Source: Octopus vulgaris
Taxonomy: Eukaryota
Direction: 5' to 3'
NCBI GenBank assembly: GCA_951406725.2
Contig: OX597826.1
Location: 60,946,001-61,010,000, forward strand
Length of the DNA stretch: 64,000 nucleotides
In this document: positions 12,621 to 25,774 of the stretch, piece by piece
Numbering within the stretch: position 1 is the first letter of the stretch
Layout of the letters: each line of letters opens with the position of its first letter
Position numbers and translations under genes: made by a program
The notes under the pieces: model-generated
The model's database searches: none
Told to the model about the DNA's origin: nothing
What the model saw: only the letters and a program-made list of their open reading frames with translations

Positions 12621-13372
12621 AAGACGGCGAGCTGGCAGAAACGTTAGCACGCCGGGCGAAATGCTTACCGATATTTCGTCTGTCTTCACGTTATGAGTTC
12701 AAATTCCGCCGAGGTCGACATTTGCCTTTCATCCTTTCGGGGTCGATAAATCAAGAACCAGTTACGCACTGGTGTCGATATATTCGACTTAACCCGTTTG
12801 TTTGTCCTTGTTTGTCCCCTCTCTGATTAGCCCCTTGTGGGTAGTAAAAAAATAGGTATTTTGTCTGCCGTTACGTTCTGAGTTCAAATTCCGCCGAGGT
12901 CGACTTTGCCTTTCATCCTTTCGGGGTCGATAAATTAAGTACCAGTTACGCACTGGGGTCGATGTAATCGACTTAATCCGTTCGTCTGTCCTTGTTTGTC
13001 CCCTCTATGTTTAGCCCCTTGTGGGCAATAATGAAATAAGAAAATGCTTAGCGTTATTTCGTCTGTCTTTGCGTTCTGAGTTCAAATTCCGCTGATGTCA
13101 ACATTGCCTTTCATCCTTTCGGGGTCGATAAATTAAGTACCAGTAATGTACTAGGGTCAATCTAATCGATTACCCAACTCCAAAAAAAATTGGGGCCTTG
13201 TGCCTAGAGTAGAGAAGAATATATCTTAGTAGCATTACGCCCTTTGCAACGTTCTGAGTTCAAAATTCCGCCGTGGTCGACTTTGCCTTTCATCCTTTAG
13301 GAGTCGATAAATTAAGTACCAGTTGCGTACTGGGGTCGTTCTAATTGTTTGCCCCCTCCCCCAAAACTTCAG
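12621..13372 (+). mobile_element. SINE family B tandem array (3 units plus a partial 4th)
   Basis: The core GTTCTGAGTTCAAATTCCGCCGAGGTCGAC...AAGTACCAG repeats at about 12690, 12875, 13073 and 13251. Confidence 0.85.
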
Positions 13373-13374
13373 GT

Positions 13375-13580
13375 ATTGCTCACGATCGTAAGCACCTGAG
13401 TTCGATTTCCGGCCGTGCGATGCGTCCTGGAGCCACAGACTTTGTTTCACGTTGCTAGGTAAAAAATCTGTTGTACCAGTTGTGACACGCTGGATCTGCC
13501 TGAGAACTACGTTAATTTCTCCAACTGGCTTATCAAGATCAACTGTAACACACGTGGTCGTAACCGACATAGTGCCAATT
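13375..13580 (+). mobile_element. Degenerate SINE related to family C
   Basis: GAGTTCGATTTCCGG B-box, GAGAACTACGTTAA and GTCGTAACCGAC tail, similar to the copy at 56108-56480. Confidence 0.55.
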
Positions 13581-14233
13581 ATATAGAATGGTTGCTTATC
13601 AAATAGCCAAGTTTGCAAATTTCTATAAGCTCTCATGATAAGGCGGGAATATTAACTTTTGGTATTTTTGTTTTTTGTTTTTTTGTTTTGTTTTTTGCTT
13701 TTGTTTTTTCCCCAGCTATTTGTCGGGAAAAAAAACACAGGTTTACACTTATCAGGTGAGAACAAGATTTTACTCATCGTATGTTATAATATTTAAAGAT
13801 GGACAAATTGTGCACTAGACTGAAAAAGATGGTGGCTGATCAATCAGCGACTGCAGCTGTGACAATGCTGGAAGTCTTGCTGCTGCTCTAAAGGTCATAT
13901 TCATGCCGTCAAATCCGTGTAGAAATTCAGACAAACATGATTCAATGACTCAGTTAAGGTGTCTCTGCGTCCTTGCTATCTTTGCAAGAAATCGACAAAC
14001 CTGGTATCATACAGAGGTGGACGAAATCATTTAGGAGTTCGATTTAACTAACTGATTACTACAATTTAGAAGGTGGTGTTTCGGCTTCGCCATAGCCTAA
14101 TGATAGAAACAAGTAAAAGAATATAGCTATTAATTCGACTCAAAATTTAAGGTGGTACCCCAGCAAGACAGCAGCTTAATGACTGAAATAAGTAAATATA
14201 CACACACATACACACACACACACACACACACAT

Positions 14234-14277
<44 letters not shown>

Positions 14278-14308
14278 TTATTTAAAGCAGCAGAAAATTC
14301 AACAGAAC

Positions 14309-14346
14309 CTGTTACTCTGAGTTTCCCGTTGCCGTTCATCGGACAG
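14309..14346 (-). ncRNA. Type-I hammerhead ribozyme-like fold (C4 core variant)
   Basis: Minus strand CUGU-CCGAUGA-ACG-GCAA-CGG-GAAAC-UCAGA-GUA|ACAG. Stem I is CUGU/ACAG, stem II is short and GNRA-capped, stem III is ACU/AGU, and the site is GUA. Confidence 0.6.
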
Positions 14347-14389
14347 TTTTTGCTAGCAAAAACTGTCCGATGAACGGCAACGGGAAACT
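14320..14389. repeat. Perfect 70-bp palindrome (inverted Penelope-like terminal repeat)
   Basis: AGTTTCCCGTTGCCGTTCATCGGACAGTTTTTGCT|AGCAAAAACTGTCCGATGAACGGCAACGGGAAACT, with no spacer, embedded in (TA)n. Confidence 0.95.
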
Positions 14390-14786
14390 ATATATATATA
14401 TAAAATGCACACTTATATAAATGCACATATACATACACACACACACTTATATAAATACACATGTACATATAAACACACATACATAATTACATACATACAT
14501 GTATGTAATTACATACATACGTACATATATATATGTGTGTGTCTGCGTGTCAGTGTACATCTACATACTCGACCACACACACATTTAAATGTATAGGTGT
14601 ATGCATATACATATATATATATGTATGTACTTATACATGCATATACATATATGTGTGTTTATATATACACATACATATAATGTGTGAGTGTATGTGTGTG
14701 TGTATGTGTGTGCACGCGTTTGCGTGCGTGTGTGTGTGTATTGTGTGTCTGTGTGTGCGTGTGTTTGTAATGTATTAACCGAATAT

Positions 14787-15008
14787 ATTTTTTTACTACC
14801 CACAAGGGGCTAAACATAGAGGGGACAAACAAGGGGATTAAGCCGATTACATCGACCCCAGTGCGTAACTGGTACTTTATTTATCGACCCCGAAAGGATG
14901 AAAGGCAAAGTCGACCCCGGCGGAATTTGAACTCAGAACGTAACGGCAGACGACATACCGCAAAGGATTACGCCCGGCGTGCTAACGTTTATGCCAGCTC
15001 GCAGCCTT
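14787..15008 (-). mobile_element. SINE family B, monomer
   Basis: Full head and core. Flanking duplication TATTAACCGAATA at about 14773 and 15014. Confidence 0.85.
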
Positions 15009-16142
15009 TAAAATATTAACCGAATAATGAAGTCTTACATACTCTATCTTAAAACTAAAACGTGGAGGTCATGACTGGAATATCATTGATTATAGATCCG
15101 ATGAATAAGAGCTAAACTGGCGGCGGGGCGGCAAATACAAAAAAAAACATCAACAATAACAGTAACTGGACAATAATCAGTACGTTTCACATGTAGAATA
15201 ATACTATGTTATCGGATTATACTAATATACCTCAGATACTTGTTTCTTGTTCAATTTCAAACGTCATGTTTTTGAGGAACTCTCATACATATCGATACAA
15301 TGCTTAAATACTGAAAGTTAAGTTAGAAAGTCCCGTGAGAATTTCTTGGTATTCTACTCGTCTTGTATCTTAAAGTTATTTAAGTTATTTATGTGTAGTT
15401 TTTAGTACCAGCTTTCGAGTTTAGTTGAAAAGTGTGATGGCATTTAACAGACTTCAATTTCAGGAGCACATATTAATATAGATGAAAAGGACAGCCATTT
15501 CAGGTGGGAAATCAAAGAATGCATGTTTAATGAATAAAAAAAAACAGCTAATAGAACTACTTAAAGGTTGCTTGAAGACCAGTTGACAGTATATTGTATA
15601 TTGTTGCTGAAGAAAAGTATCGAATTGATAAAGATATCGAAAAGGGAATTATTTCTGAAAGTCTATGACAATAGAATCTCAGACATTTCCAACATTCTCA
15701 AAATTAATTGAAGTTAAAGGAAGCTCTGGGGAGAATAATTGAAGAATATGGCATATGCGAAATTGACTAAAGACCAAGTCTTCAGTGTCGCAACTCTGTT
15801 TTTCTTTTAACTAATGAAGAGATGATCGAATCTAAAAAGAAAAGAATTTATAGTCAGCTAAATTGAACCCAAGCGAATTACTGATACTTTTGCAAAACAA
15901 TGAAGGAGGATTTTATAAAATCGCTCAACACACTAAGCAATAACATTTAAACTATCTCTTGAACCACAGCCTACTGTCTTAGAAAACGGCACGTTCTATA
16001 AGATGAGGTTGACCAGGTTATAAAGTACCTAATAAAATTGGGATGGTCATGGTTGGATCAAAGCTGATATCAGGGTCAAGCAATAATAACAACAGCAAAA
16101 CAACAAAATCTGGTACTTATACAGCAGACAAGTGAAATATTG

Positions 16143-16906
16143 CTGGCACAAGGTCAGCAATTTCGGTGGAGTGGGTAAGTCGGTTACATCGTCCCCAGGG
16201 TTCAACTAGAACTTATTTTATGGATTCTGAAGGGATAAAGGCAAAGCCGACCCCGGCGAAATTTGAACTCTGAACGTGAATGCTAACGATTGCCTTAGAC
16301 TAGCTTAATATTTATTTTCTTTACTACCCACGAGGGGCTAAACACAGAGGGGACAAACAAGGACAGACAAACGGATTAAGTCGATTACATCGATCCCAGT
16401 GCGTAACTGGTATTTAATTTATCGACCCCGAAAGGAAGAAAGGCAAAGTCGACCTCGACGGAATTCGAACTCTGAACGTAACGGCAGACGAAATACCTAT
16501 TTCTATTTCTTTACTACTCACATGGGGCTAAACACAGAGGGGACAAACAAGGACAGACAAATGGATTAAGTCGATTACATCGATCCCAGTGCGTAACTGG
16601 TACTTAATTTATCGACCCCGAAAGGAAGAAAGGCAAAGTCGACCTCGACGGAATTTGAACTCTGAACGTGAATACTAACGATTGCCTTAGACTAGCTTAA
16701 TATTTATTTTCTTTACTACCTACAAGGGGCTAAACACAGAGGGGACAAACAAGGACAGGGAAACGGATTAAGTCGATTACATCGATCCCAGTGCGTAACT
16801 GGTAATTAATTCATCGACCCCGAAAGGAAGATAGGCAAAGTCGACCTCGGCGGAATTTGAACGCTGAACGTGAATGCTAACGATTGCCTTAGACTAGCTT
16901 AATATT
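16143..16906 (-). mobile_element. SINE family B tandem array (4 units)
   Basis: Repeated about 190-200 bp units. The junction sequence GAACGTGAATGCTAACGATTGCCTTAGACTAGCTTAATATT occurs three times. Confidence 0.85.
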
Positions 16907-17369
16907 GAGAAGTGAAAAATCATCTTTAACAGGATTCGAATCAACATTGGATACATTGCTGTTTGCTTTTTTATTTACTTGAGATGTGGGATAGAAGACG
17001 AATTTGACTCTGAAGAAATTTTATCTGAGAACATAAAGAATTATATCAATATAAGTCAATGCATTTTGTCTGGTCCTTTACCGATTCTTCCTTTCATTGC
17101 AATTCATCCTCACTAATAAGGATTTCTAACATGGGCACAACCAAGGTCGCAAGTATTTTGGTGTGTGAAGGGCTAGTTTGATCGTTTATTGTAACCTGAT
17201 TATTAGGTTTCTCTACTTCATTCGAAAAAAAAAGGGACTGTGTAAATAACCTTTTCGCGGCGTCTCAGTACTATAGGATCAATGCGATTGACATCACTCT
17301 TAAACAATTTCAAGTCGATGTTGCCAAAAAGAGGCATAGGTATGGTTCTCTGCTTATGAAAATGCTCGC

Positions 17370-17975
17370 TTTGCAGCAGGTGGTCGCGAGTTCAGTCTCA
17401 CAGCACAGTGCGTTTGCTAAGTAACTTCTGCTATAGGCTTCGGCTGACCAAGTCTTGTGAGTGAATTTGGTATATGGAAACTGGGTGGAAGCCCATTGTA
17501 TATGGATATATATGTGTGCCTTTCTATCTGAGTTTGTCATTCACGCTGCGTGAAAAATGGTGTTGGTATGTTTGTCTCAAGTCTTGTGAGTAACTTTGGT
17601 ATATGGAAACTGGGTGGAAGCCCATTGTATATGGATATATATGTGTGCCTTTCTATCTGAGTTTGTCATTCACGCTGCGTGAAAAATGGTGTTGGTATGT
17701 TTGTCTCAAGTCTTGTGAGTAACTTTGGTATATGGAAACTGGGTGGAAGCCCATTGTATATGGATATATATGTGTGTCTTTCTATCTGAGTTTGTCATTC
17801 ACGCTGCGTGAAAAATAGTATCGGTTTGTTTGTCTCAGTGGCTAAGTGATCTCGTAAAAGCAACCGATAGAATATTTACCAGACTTAAAAAATAAATACT
17901 AGGGTCGATATACCCGACCCTTTCTTGATAGTGTCTCAGTATGGCTGCAGTCCATAACTGAAACAGGAAAATGAA
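17370..17975 (+). mobile_element. Old SINE family A copy containing a 3 x 129-bp tandem duplication (17449-17837)
   Basis: CAAGTCTTGTGAGT starts at 17449, 17578 and 17707. The unit matches the family A core (GTGAGTGGATTTGGTAGACGGAAACTG). Confidence 0.8.
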
Positions 17976-18642
17976 AATCAAAGGAGAATGTACAAATTGT
18001 TGAAGGTGGGAAAAGAACTCTGGATAAATAAATTTATTGGGAAGAAAGGACTGTGTATAAGGATTAATTGTGAGCTTCGGGATACAATATGATTTATGAG
18101 AGAAGAGATAAAAGTGATGGGAGTGCTTAAGGTGACTTAGAAAAACTAGATCTGAAAAGTAGAGGCAACTTTAATAGGGGTAGAGAATATAGAGATAGAG
18201 ATGAAGGAAAGAGAGGGAGAGAGAGAGGGGAGGATGTACTATATCTGAGGACTACGTGTTTTATCACCTCAACAAGGGCAAAAGGTAATATGATGCTTAG
18301 AGGAGTTTGAACACAAAACATAAAAAAAAGAGAATGGAACAGAATTTAACAACAAATTGTTCCGGATAGCTACCGACTTTGCTATCTACAGAAGAGCAAT
18401 TAAGCAGGGCTACAACCAATGATACACCAGTCGTGACTCTCCCGTCTACGTAATAAATAGCTTAACTAATGCTAAATATTTGGTGGCTGTTCGCTCAGGT
18501 ACAGCGATCGTGTACACGGCTCGTTAGCTATACGGTAGATCGCTAGAGAAGTGAGATAAAAAAAAAACATAGCTAGACAGTTGAGGTAAAAGAAATATAA
18601 TCATAAATTGATTTATGATGGGAATAGGTCGTAAGATAGATC

Positions 18643-18896
18643 TTAACTTTTTAGCATCCAGATTATTCAATCAGAACATTAATTTGAAAGGATCATGCTT
18701 TATCTCGTGGCTTCGAGATTTCGATGATGTGATTGTTTATTTTGAAAGTGACATTAGAGTGTAAGTGTGAGAGGCTGAATCTGGCCGCCTTCAATATAAA
18801 AGAAGTAAAATATGATGATCACTTATGACAAGTTTAAATATGAGACAGGCACGATATTTGAGCCAGATCTGGCCAGATTGAAAGCTAAATGGTTAA
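18643..18896. mobile_element. piggyBac-like MITE (diverged)
   Basis: TTAA-CTTTTTAGCATCCA ... TGAAAGCTAAATGG-TTAA: imperfect TIRs with TTAA on both sides. Confidence 0.5.
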
Positions 18897-19739
18897 AGAA
18901 ATATTTCGGGAAAATTATGGTTGCCGTTAACTTAACATCCGATTTAATACGACTTTATATGCTCAGTTATTGTGAGCGAAGGAGAGTAATAAGAATACTT
19001 GATGTGCAATGTATTACGTATGAATAAATAACGTAAGACAATAAGCAAGAAAGGAAAGAAGGAAGGAATAGATTGGTATCTCGAAATAGTTAAGAAATAT
19101 TATTTCATGATAGAGCGTCTGCTATCAATCTAGACATCAATAACATAAGAAGTAAGTCTGAACGCAAAACGAGATTGGAGAAAAATATATTAAAAAATAA
19201 TAATAAACGAAGCGATGACAGGCAAAACAAAATATGAAGATTTTTGTAGAGATCTTCAGAGAGATATGGAGAATATGAAAATTTGAACAAAACACAGAGT
19301 TGATTTTGGAAAAGAGGTTTGAAAAGAGAAGCTAAGATAAATCTGGAGGTAGTATGATATCACAGAAAACAATTTAAAGCATATTAAAATTAAGACAATG
19401 AAGAAGCCTTCACTCGGTAAATAATATGCTGGAAATAGCAGACAAACTTGTATGTGCATAGAGAAGTGTATACATGTATATGCATGTGAATACACATGTA
19501 GTAGTCTTCTATGTACTACATATTTCAGTCATTGGGCAATGTTCATCATTCAGAGACACTGGCTTTATTCGAACAAATCAGCCTCAGTATTTTTTTTAAA
19601 GACTGATACTTATTTCATCGGTCATTTTGGTCAAACTGCTGCTACTTACGAAGAATTAAGCAAATCAGCCCAGGTGTCAAATGATGAACGGCAAACACAA
19701 AGATGCACATATATCCATACGTGTATATATATATATATA

Positions 19740-20032
19740 TTAGAAGAAATGAGGTACTCAGAAATTTTGATGGTTTTATATTTACATATATTTATTAGTA
19801 TGTTACATGTTTTTATAAATCATATATCATATATTAGCGCTTTCCTCCACTCTAGTGGAATCTGCAAATTGAAGACTCCACTAGAGTGAACGAAAGCGCT
19901 AATATATGATATATGATTTATAAAAACATGTAACATACTAAAAGATATATGTAAATATAAAACCATCCAGATTTCTGTGTACCCCATTTCTTCTAATATA
20001 TAATACCTGTACATCATCTCCAAACCTTCTAA
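19740..20032. repeat. About 120-bp inverted repeat with 17-bp spacer (inverted Penelope-like terminal repeat) in (TA)n
   Basis: Arms at 19740-19859 and 19877-19996. The right arm follows TTGAAGA and carries CTCCAC-TAGA-GTG..GAAAGCGCTA, which is hammerhead-like. Confidence 0.85.
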
Positions 20033-20046
20033 TATATATGTATGTA

Positions 20047-20110
<64 letters not shown>

Positions 20111-20111
20111 G

Positions 20112-20168
<57 letters not shown>

Positions 20169-20170
20169 AG

Positions 20171-20202
<32 letters not shown>

Positions 20203-20329
20203 ATATATGTATGTATGTATGTATGTATAGATAGATAGATAGATAGATAGATACACGCACACACACATACACACACACACAATGGATTTCCTCGTAGCTA
20301 ACCAAATCCATTTACAAATCACTGGGCAG

Positions 20330-20920
20330 CCCGGGGTTTGCTTTTTACAAATTTGAATTTATAAATATATACACGTGACTAAAATTATCTATACATTGTA
20401 ATTGGCTGAAATTGATGGGTGGGCTTTGTGGCTGAATTGGGTGCGTACAGAGCCATGTAAACATTGATGTCGTGTTTGGCCTATCGTTTTTCAGTCAATT
20501 TTGTAGGTTTAGTCGCTTTAAATTAAGCATATATTATTAAATAATATATAATTATAGTAGTTATTAAAAAGGACCTATGTGTGTCGCTCTTTTCTGTAAT
20601 TTACAGCCCTCGGGTTTGTTTACAAATTTATAAATGTATATACTAGACTAAAATTACCTATACATTAAAATTGGCTAAAATTGATGAATGGGCTATGTGG
20701 CTGAATTGGGTGCGTATGGAGCCATGTAAGCAATGATGTGTTCAATTCCTTGTGGTTCGGCCCAGCCTGATTCGGACAATTGTTTAGTTTTAGTCGCTTT
20801 AAATGGAGCATATATTATTAAAGAATATATAATTACAGTTATTCTTAAAATGGACCTATGTGTGTCGCTCTTCTCCGTAATTTACAGTCTTCGGGTTCGT
20901 TTACAAATTTATAAATATAC
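20330..20920. repeat. Tandem repeat, about 270-280 bp unit, 2 copies plus a partial
   Basis: GACTAAAATTA at 20377 and 20646, GGACCTATGTGTGTCGCTCT at 20571 and 20852. Confidence 0.85.
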
Positions 20921-21597
20921 GTATGTATATGTATTGTAAGATATACGCATAATGACTACTGCATAATGGGAAATTATACCATACAGAATTAAAAGAACAC
21001 AGCCACTTGAAAAAATGCAATTCATAAACGCACTGGTTGCATCTATTTGCATGCAATTCTATGTCGGAACTTACATGCAAGTTTATGTATGTTCATGCTT
21101 ATATTCATTTGCACACCTATGCATATGTAAGTGCACACACTTGACTGCACTCATACATATGCATTCAAATTTCCATGTACGCGCCTGTGCATATATGTGA
21201 ATCTGGGTTTGTGCGCACATGCGTGTTTTCGTGTGTGTGTGTGTGTGTGTTGTTACATATGTATATTGTATGCATTTACATGAAGCGAATACTCATTTAT
21301 TCACACAAATGGATATGTAAGTATTCATTGATCCGTATTTTTCCATATTTCTATATACATGCATATACACATAAATACACACATAAACACACGCATACGC
21401 ACACATCTTTACAGATATGCACATGTATATGTATATTAATGCACACATACAGATATGCATAAATGCCCAATATACATGTTTTTATATGTACATATATACG
21501 TAAGTACGCATGCTCGTTTGGATATTCATATCACATATATATTCATTTATAACTAAATATCCAAATCATTTTCCAAATCCATAATCGTATGTATATG

Positions 21598-21693
<96 letters not shown>

Positions 21694-21889
21694 CATACTA
21701 CCGACTCACATGGGTACATATGAATACACAAGTACATAAATACCTACTTTCATACATACTTTCATACATATATGTTTGGTTGTATGTAAGGGTGCACTAT
21801 GTATGTATAAATGTATGTGTGCTTATGCGTTTGCGGGAATGTATGTATATACCTATGTACGTATGTACGTGTGCATGTATGTATACATT

Positions 21890-21949
<60 letters not shown>

Positions 21950-22262
21950 TGTATGTAAGTATGTGTGTTTATGTGTGTGTGAATGTATGTATTTATGAAT
22001 GTATGTATTTATGAATGCATGTATGCATGTATGTATATAGAGGTGTGAATGTGTGTATATATGAATGTATAGGATTATATACCGTATTTCATGATACAAG
22101 ATATGCATAGGCACATTAGACGCTCCTCAATTTCATTAGTGCATATTCAGAAAGGCGTCAGAGAGAAATTTCGTTTCTGAGAGTCTCAACTTAGCATATA
22201 ACACCCGGGGAGATTTTTCTGAAATATTTCTTTATAACATAGGGCGTCTATTACAGGATATA

Positions 22263-22540
22263 CGTGATCTGATCAATAAGTATCCGGAATATTGCCATAG
22301 TAACGAAGCTAAAGCACGCAGAGTGAAGCTGCTTGGCATAGATTGACCTTGTACTTGGCTGTGCATGCACACTAAGTTTTAACGCTCTGGCTCACTTCTG
22401 CTCTTTACAGCAGCACTTGGAAGGCAGGTGTGGAGCGTGCGATGGTCGCATTGACCATGACAGAGAAAGTTGAGCAGGAAATCTGCATCATATTTTGCGA
22501 AACGCTTGGCGATACCAACTCAGAGGCCTACGCAAATTTT
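22263..22540 (+). mobile_element. Mariner 5' fragment
   Basis: TA-CGTGATCTGATCAATAAGTATCCGGA TIR-like start, then MTEKVEQEICIIFCETLGDTNSEAYA (mariner N-terminal 'EQR.CIKFC..LG' motif). Confidence 0.7.
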
Positions 22541-22617
22541 TCAGAAAGTTTTCATTGTTCTCAACACACTCAAGGAGATCTTGTGCAAATAAAACCCGAG
22601 AATGGTGATGATGATGT

Positions 22618-22648
<31 letters not shown>

Positions 22649-22676
22649 ATTATTATTATTATTGTTGTTGTTGTTG

Positions 22677-23423
<747 letters not shown>

Positions 23424-24432
23424 CTTGCTGCCGTTACGGTATTCACAATTAAGAAGAATTTGGAGTTTAGTCTGTTTCTAATAGTTGAATGTGGTATTTA
23501 TTTTAATGAGGAAATTCAACATAAGAATCCATTGATCAGATAAGACGTTGACATCAACCACAATTACCATGATAATACACGTGCTGCTCATCTCCACCAC
23601 CGTAAGTTTATTGCAGCATTTTATCATAATCTTTCTTTATTTTCTTGTTCTGTTGTTCCACCAGGCAAATGTAGGCTTTTACCGAACAGTCAAGCGGCTG
23701 TTTTTTAATGGTTTTCCAGGGCTTAGATCTTAACTGATTTTTAAGAGCCCTGGGTCGCTTCTAAACGAAATAGCAAGAACGGGTCACATATATCACATGC
23801 ATATCTCTTTTACTTTCGTTTCTCTTTCATTCTGTCTTACTCTCAAACTAGTTAGTTATTAGTTAGAAACTGAGTTGGTTGTCTATTTAATTCTTCTTTC
23901 AAGATGTAAGGACGGTAGGAATGAAAAACAACCATAAAAAAAAATACGTCAATAAAAACAACAATAGTAATAAAAATAATCAGAGTTACGTGAAGTAATT
24001 GTCGATGAGAGATTGGTTAAATAATCCCATTTGATAGTTTAATCAATTCTAGAGCGGAAACAATCAAATAAATACGATCAAAGACATACAAAATAAAATA
24101 TAATGGTAACAAAATACAAGTGGGAAAACGGACATAAAGCAGACGAGAAGAAGAAAAGAATAAAGCAGAGAAAGAGGTAAAAGTTTTACAAGATTAACAT
24201 ACCCAACTTTATTGCTTTTCATTTGCATAAAACTTCCTTTTACTATTGCATCCCTTCCGTTCGATTAATTCCTTTATTTCTTCTTATTGCCTATCTTAAC
24301 CCTTCTTCTCTCATTCTCATTCTCAGACTCTCTGTTTGTTTGTCTGTCTCTCTTTGCCTCTCTTTGCCTCTCTTTGTCTCACACACTCTCTCTCTCTCTT
24401 CCTCATTCATTCGCTTTTCTCTCTCTCTCTCC

Positions 24433-24485
<53 letters not shown>

Positions 24486-25010
24486 TCTATCTATCTCGCA
24501 CACACCCGCTCCCACACATACAAGCATTCATTTATGTATATAGAATCCCCGTATGAAAGTGTGTATGCAAATGTATTGGCGGCAGCGCTGACGACGTTTC
24601 CTTATTATCAAAACTATTTCCGAGATTTCTGAGTTGGTTAGTGTGAACAAAGAATCACAAGCTCAACCCTAGATTCCTTTGACATGAAAGTACTTGTATA
24701 CATGGCACAATTATATTGATACAATAGACGACTTTTCCGATTGGAATGAGTAGCAAGTTTCTCAGCCTAGATTACCCGGTTTGGTGTCATATTTCAGAAC
24801 ATGAGGGGCGAAAATACGTCATTTGGTGGGATTATACTTCCTAAGTGAATTATAAACTGAGAGCGCAAAAAGCCTGAACAGATCGTTTTAATAAGTTAAT
24901 TGGTTCGTCAAAGTTCTATTGTCAATGCGCGTGACATTATCGATGTCTTGACGTTATTTTCTGTCCCCTGCACTAAAAGTGCATCTTATATTAGTTTCAC
25001 ATACTAATAA

Positions 25011-25774
25011 TGGATCTTTACTGTTCGGTTGCACTCTTTGAAATTTTAAAATTAAGCGAAAATTTCCAAATTTTTATTGATGTAATTTTTTACGTTTAAT
25101 CTCGGGACCTAATTCACTTGTTCCAGATTTTTGAGTTTTTAAAGTTACAGAGGTTTAAAGTTTGATCGCTGTAACCCAGTCAGAAAACAGAATTTCGAAG
25201 CTATCATTCTGTGCGTGACTGCACGTATTGTCAACATTGCAATGATAGCACGCGTTTTAGTATCAAACTGTAAACAAATGAAGCACTAGTGGAATTCTGC
25301 TTTACGCTCACCATGAATTCTTTTATTTTTTGAAGTTTTAGAAAATATTTGTGAATTTGTATTTGACACAAGAGAATTTATGCGATTATGCAAAAGTCAA
25401 AACAGAAATTTTGGTGCGTGAAAGCCTATTTAGCTGTTATTTTTAGCGCATATCATGACCACCTCCTTTGTTTTGATAATTTGATACGCACGAAATGACC
25501 ACAGGGCTGGACAGGACAGCAACAAACAGGGAAGCAGATTGGTAACAGCTTGGCTTGTTACTATGGAAAGAGACACCTGTATGTCTGTGACTTTCGATTG
25601 GCTAAAATTACCAAAAATTTGCAAACTTTAAAAGCTATTAACTGTTTATTGATTTTTGGCGAAAATGAATTTCATGTCAATAATTACCATACAAAACTAC
25701 ATCGATACACTAAATATGAAATCAACTGGGAGTTGAAAAATTTGAAAAGTAACATCCAAACAGTAAAGACTCCT
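25011..25774. mobile_element. Non-autonomous DNA transposon with long imperfect inverted termini (unclassified)
   Basis: The left end TCTTTACTGTTCGGTTGCACTCTTTGAAATTTT matches the reverse complement of the right end, TCTTTACTGTTTGGATGTTACTTTTCAAATTTT. Patchy similarity extends about 190 bp. Confidence 0.55.

Noticed and set aside
13716-13756. Putative micro-exon (polypyrimidine-CAG ... CAG|GTGAGA)
   Set aside because: Splice-like signals occur by chance in T-rich DNA. The peptide is unrecognisable and there is no supporting neighbouring exon.
15480-15780. Possible decayed pogo/Tigger N-terminus (KKQLIELLKG...AEEKYRIDK)
   Set aside because: The resemblance is weak, and no TIRs or catalytic motifs were found.
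17449-17837. CRISPR-like regular repeats (also the SINE arrays at 12621 and 16143)
   Set aside because: The units are contiguous tandem copies with no unique spacers and no cas genes, in a eukaryotic context.
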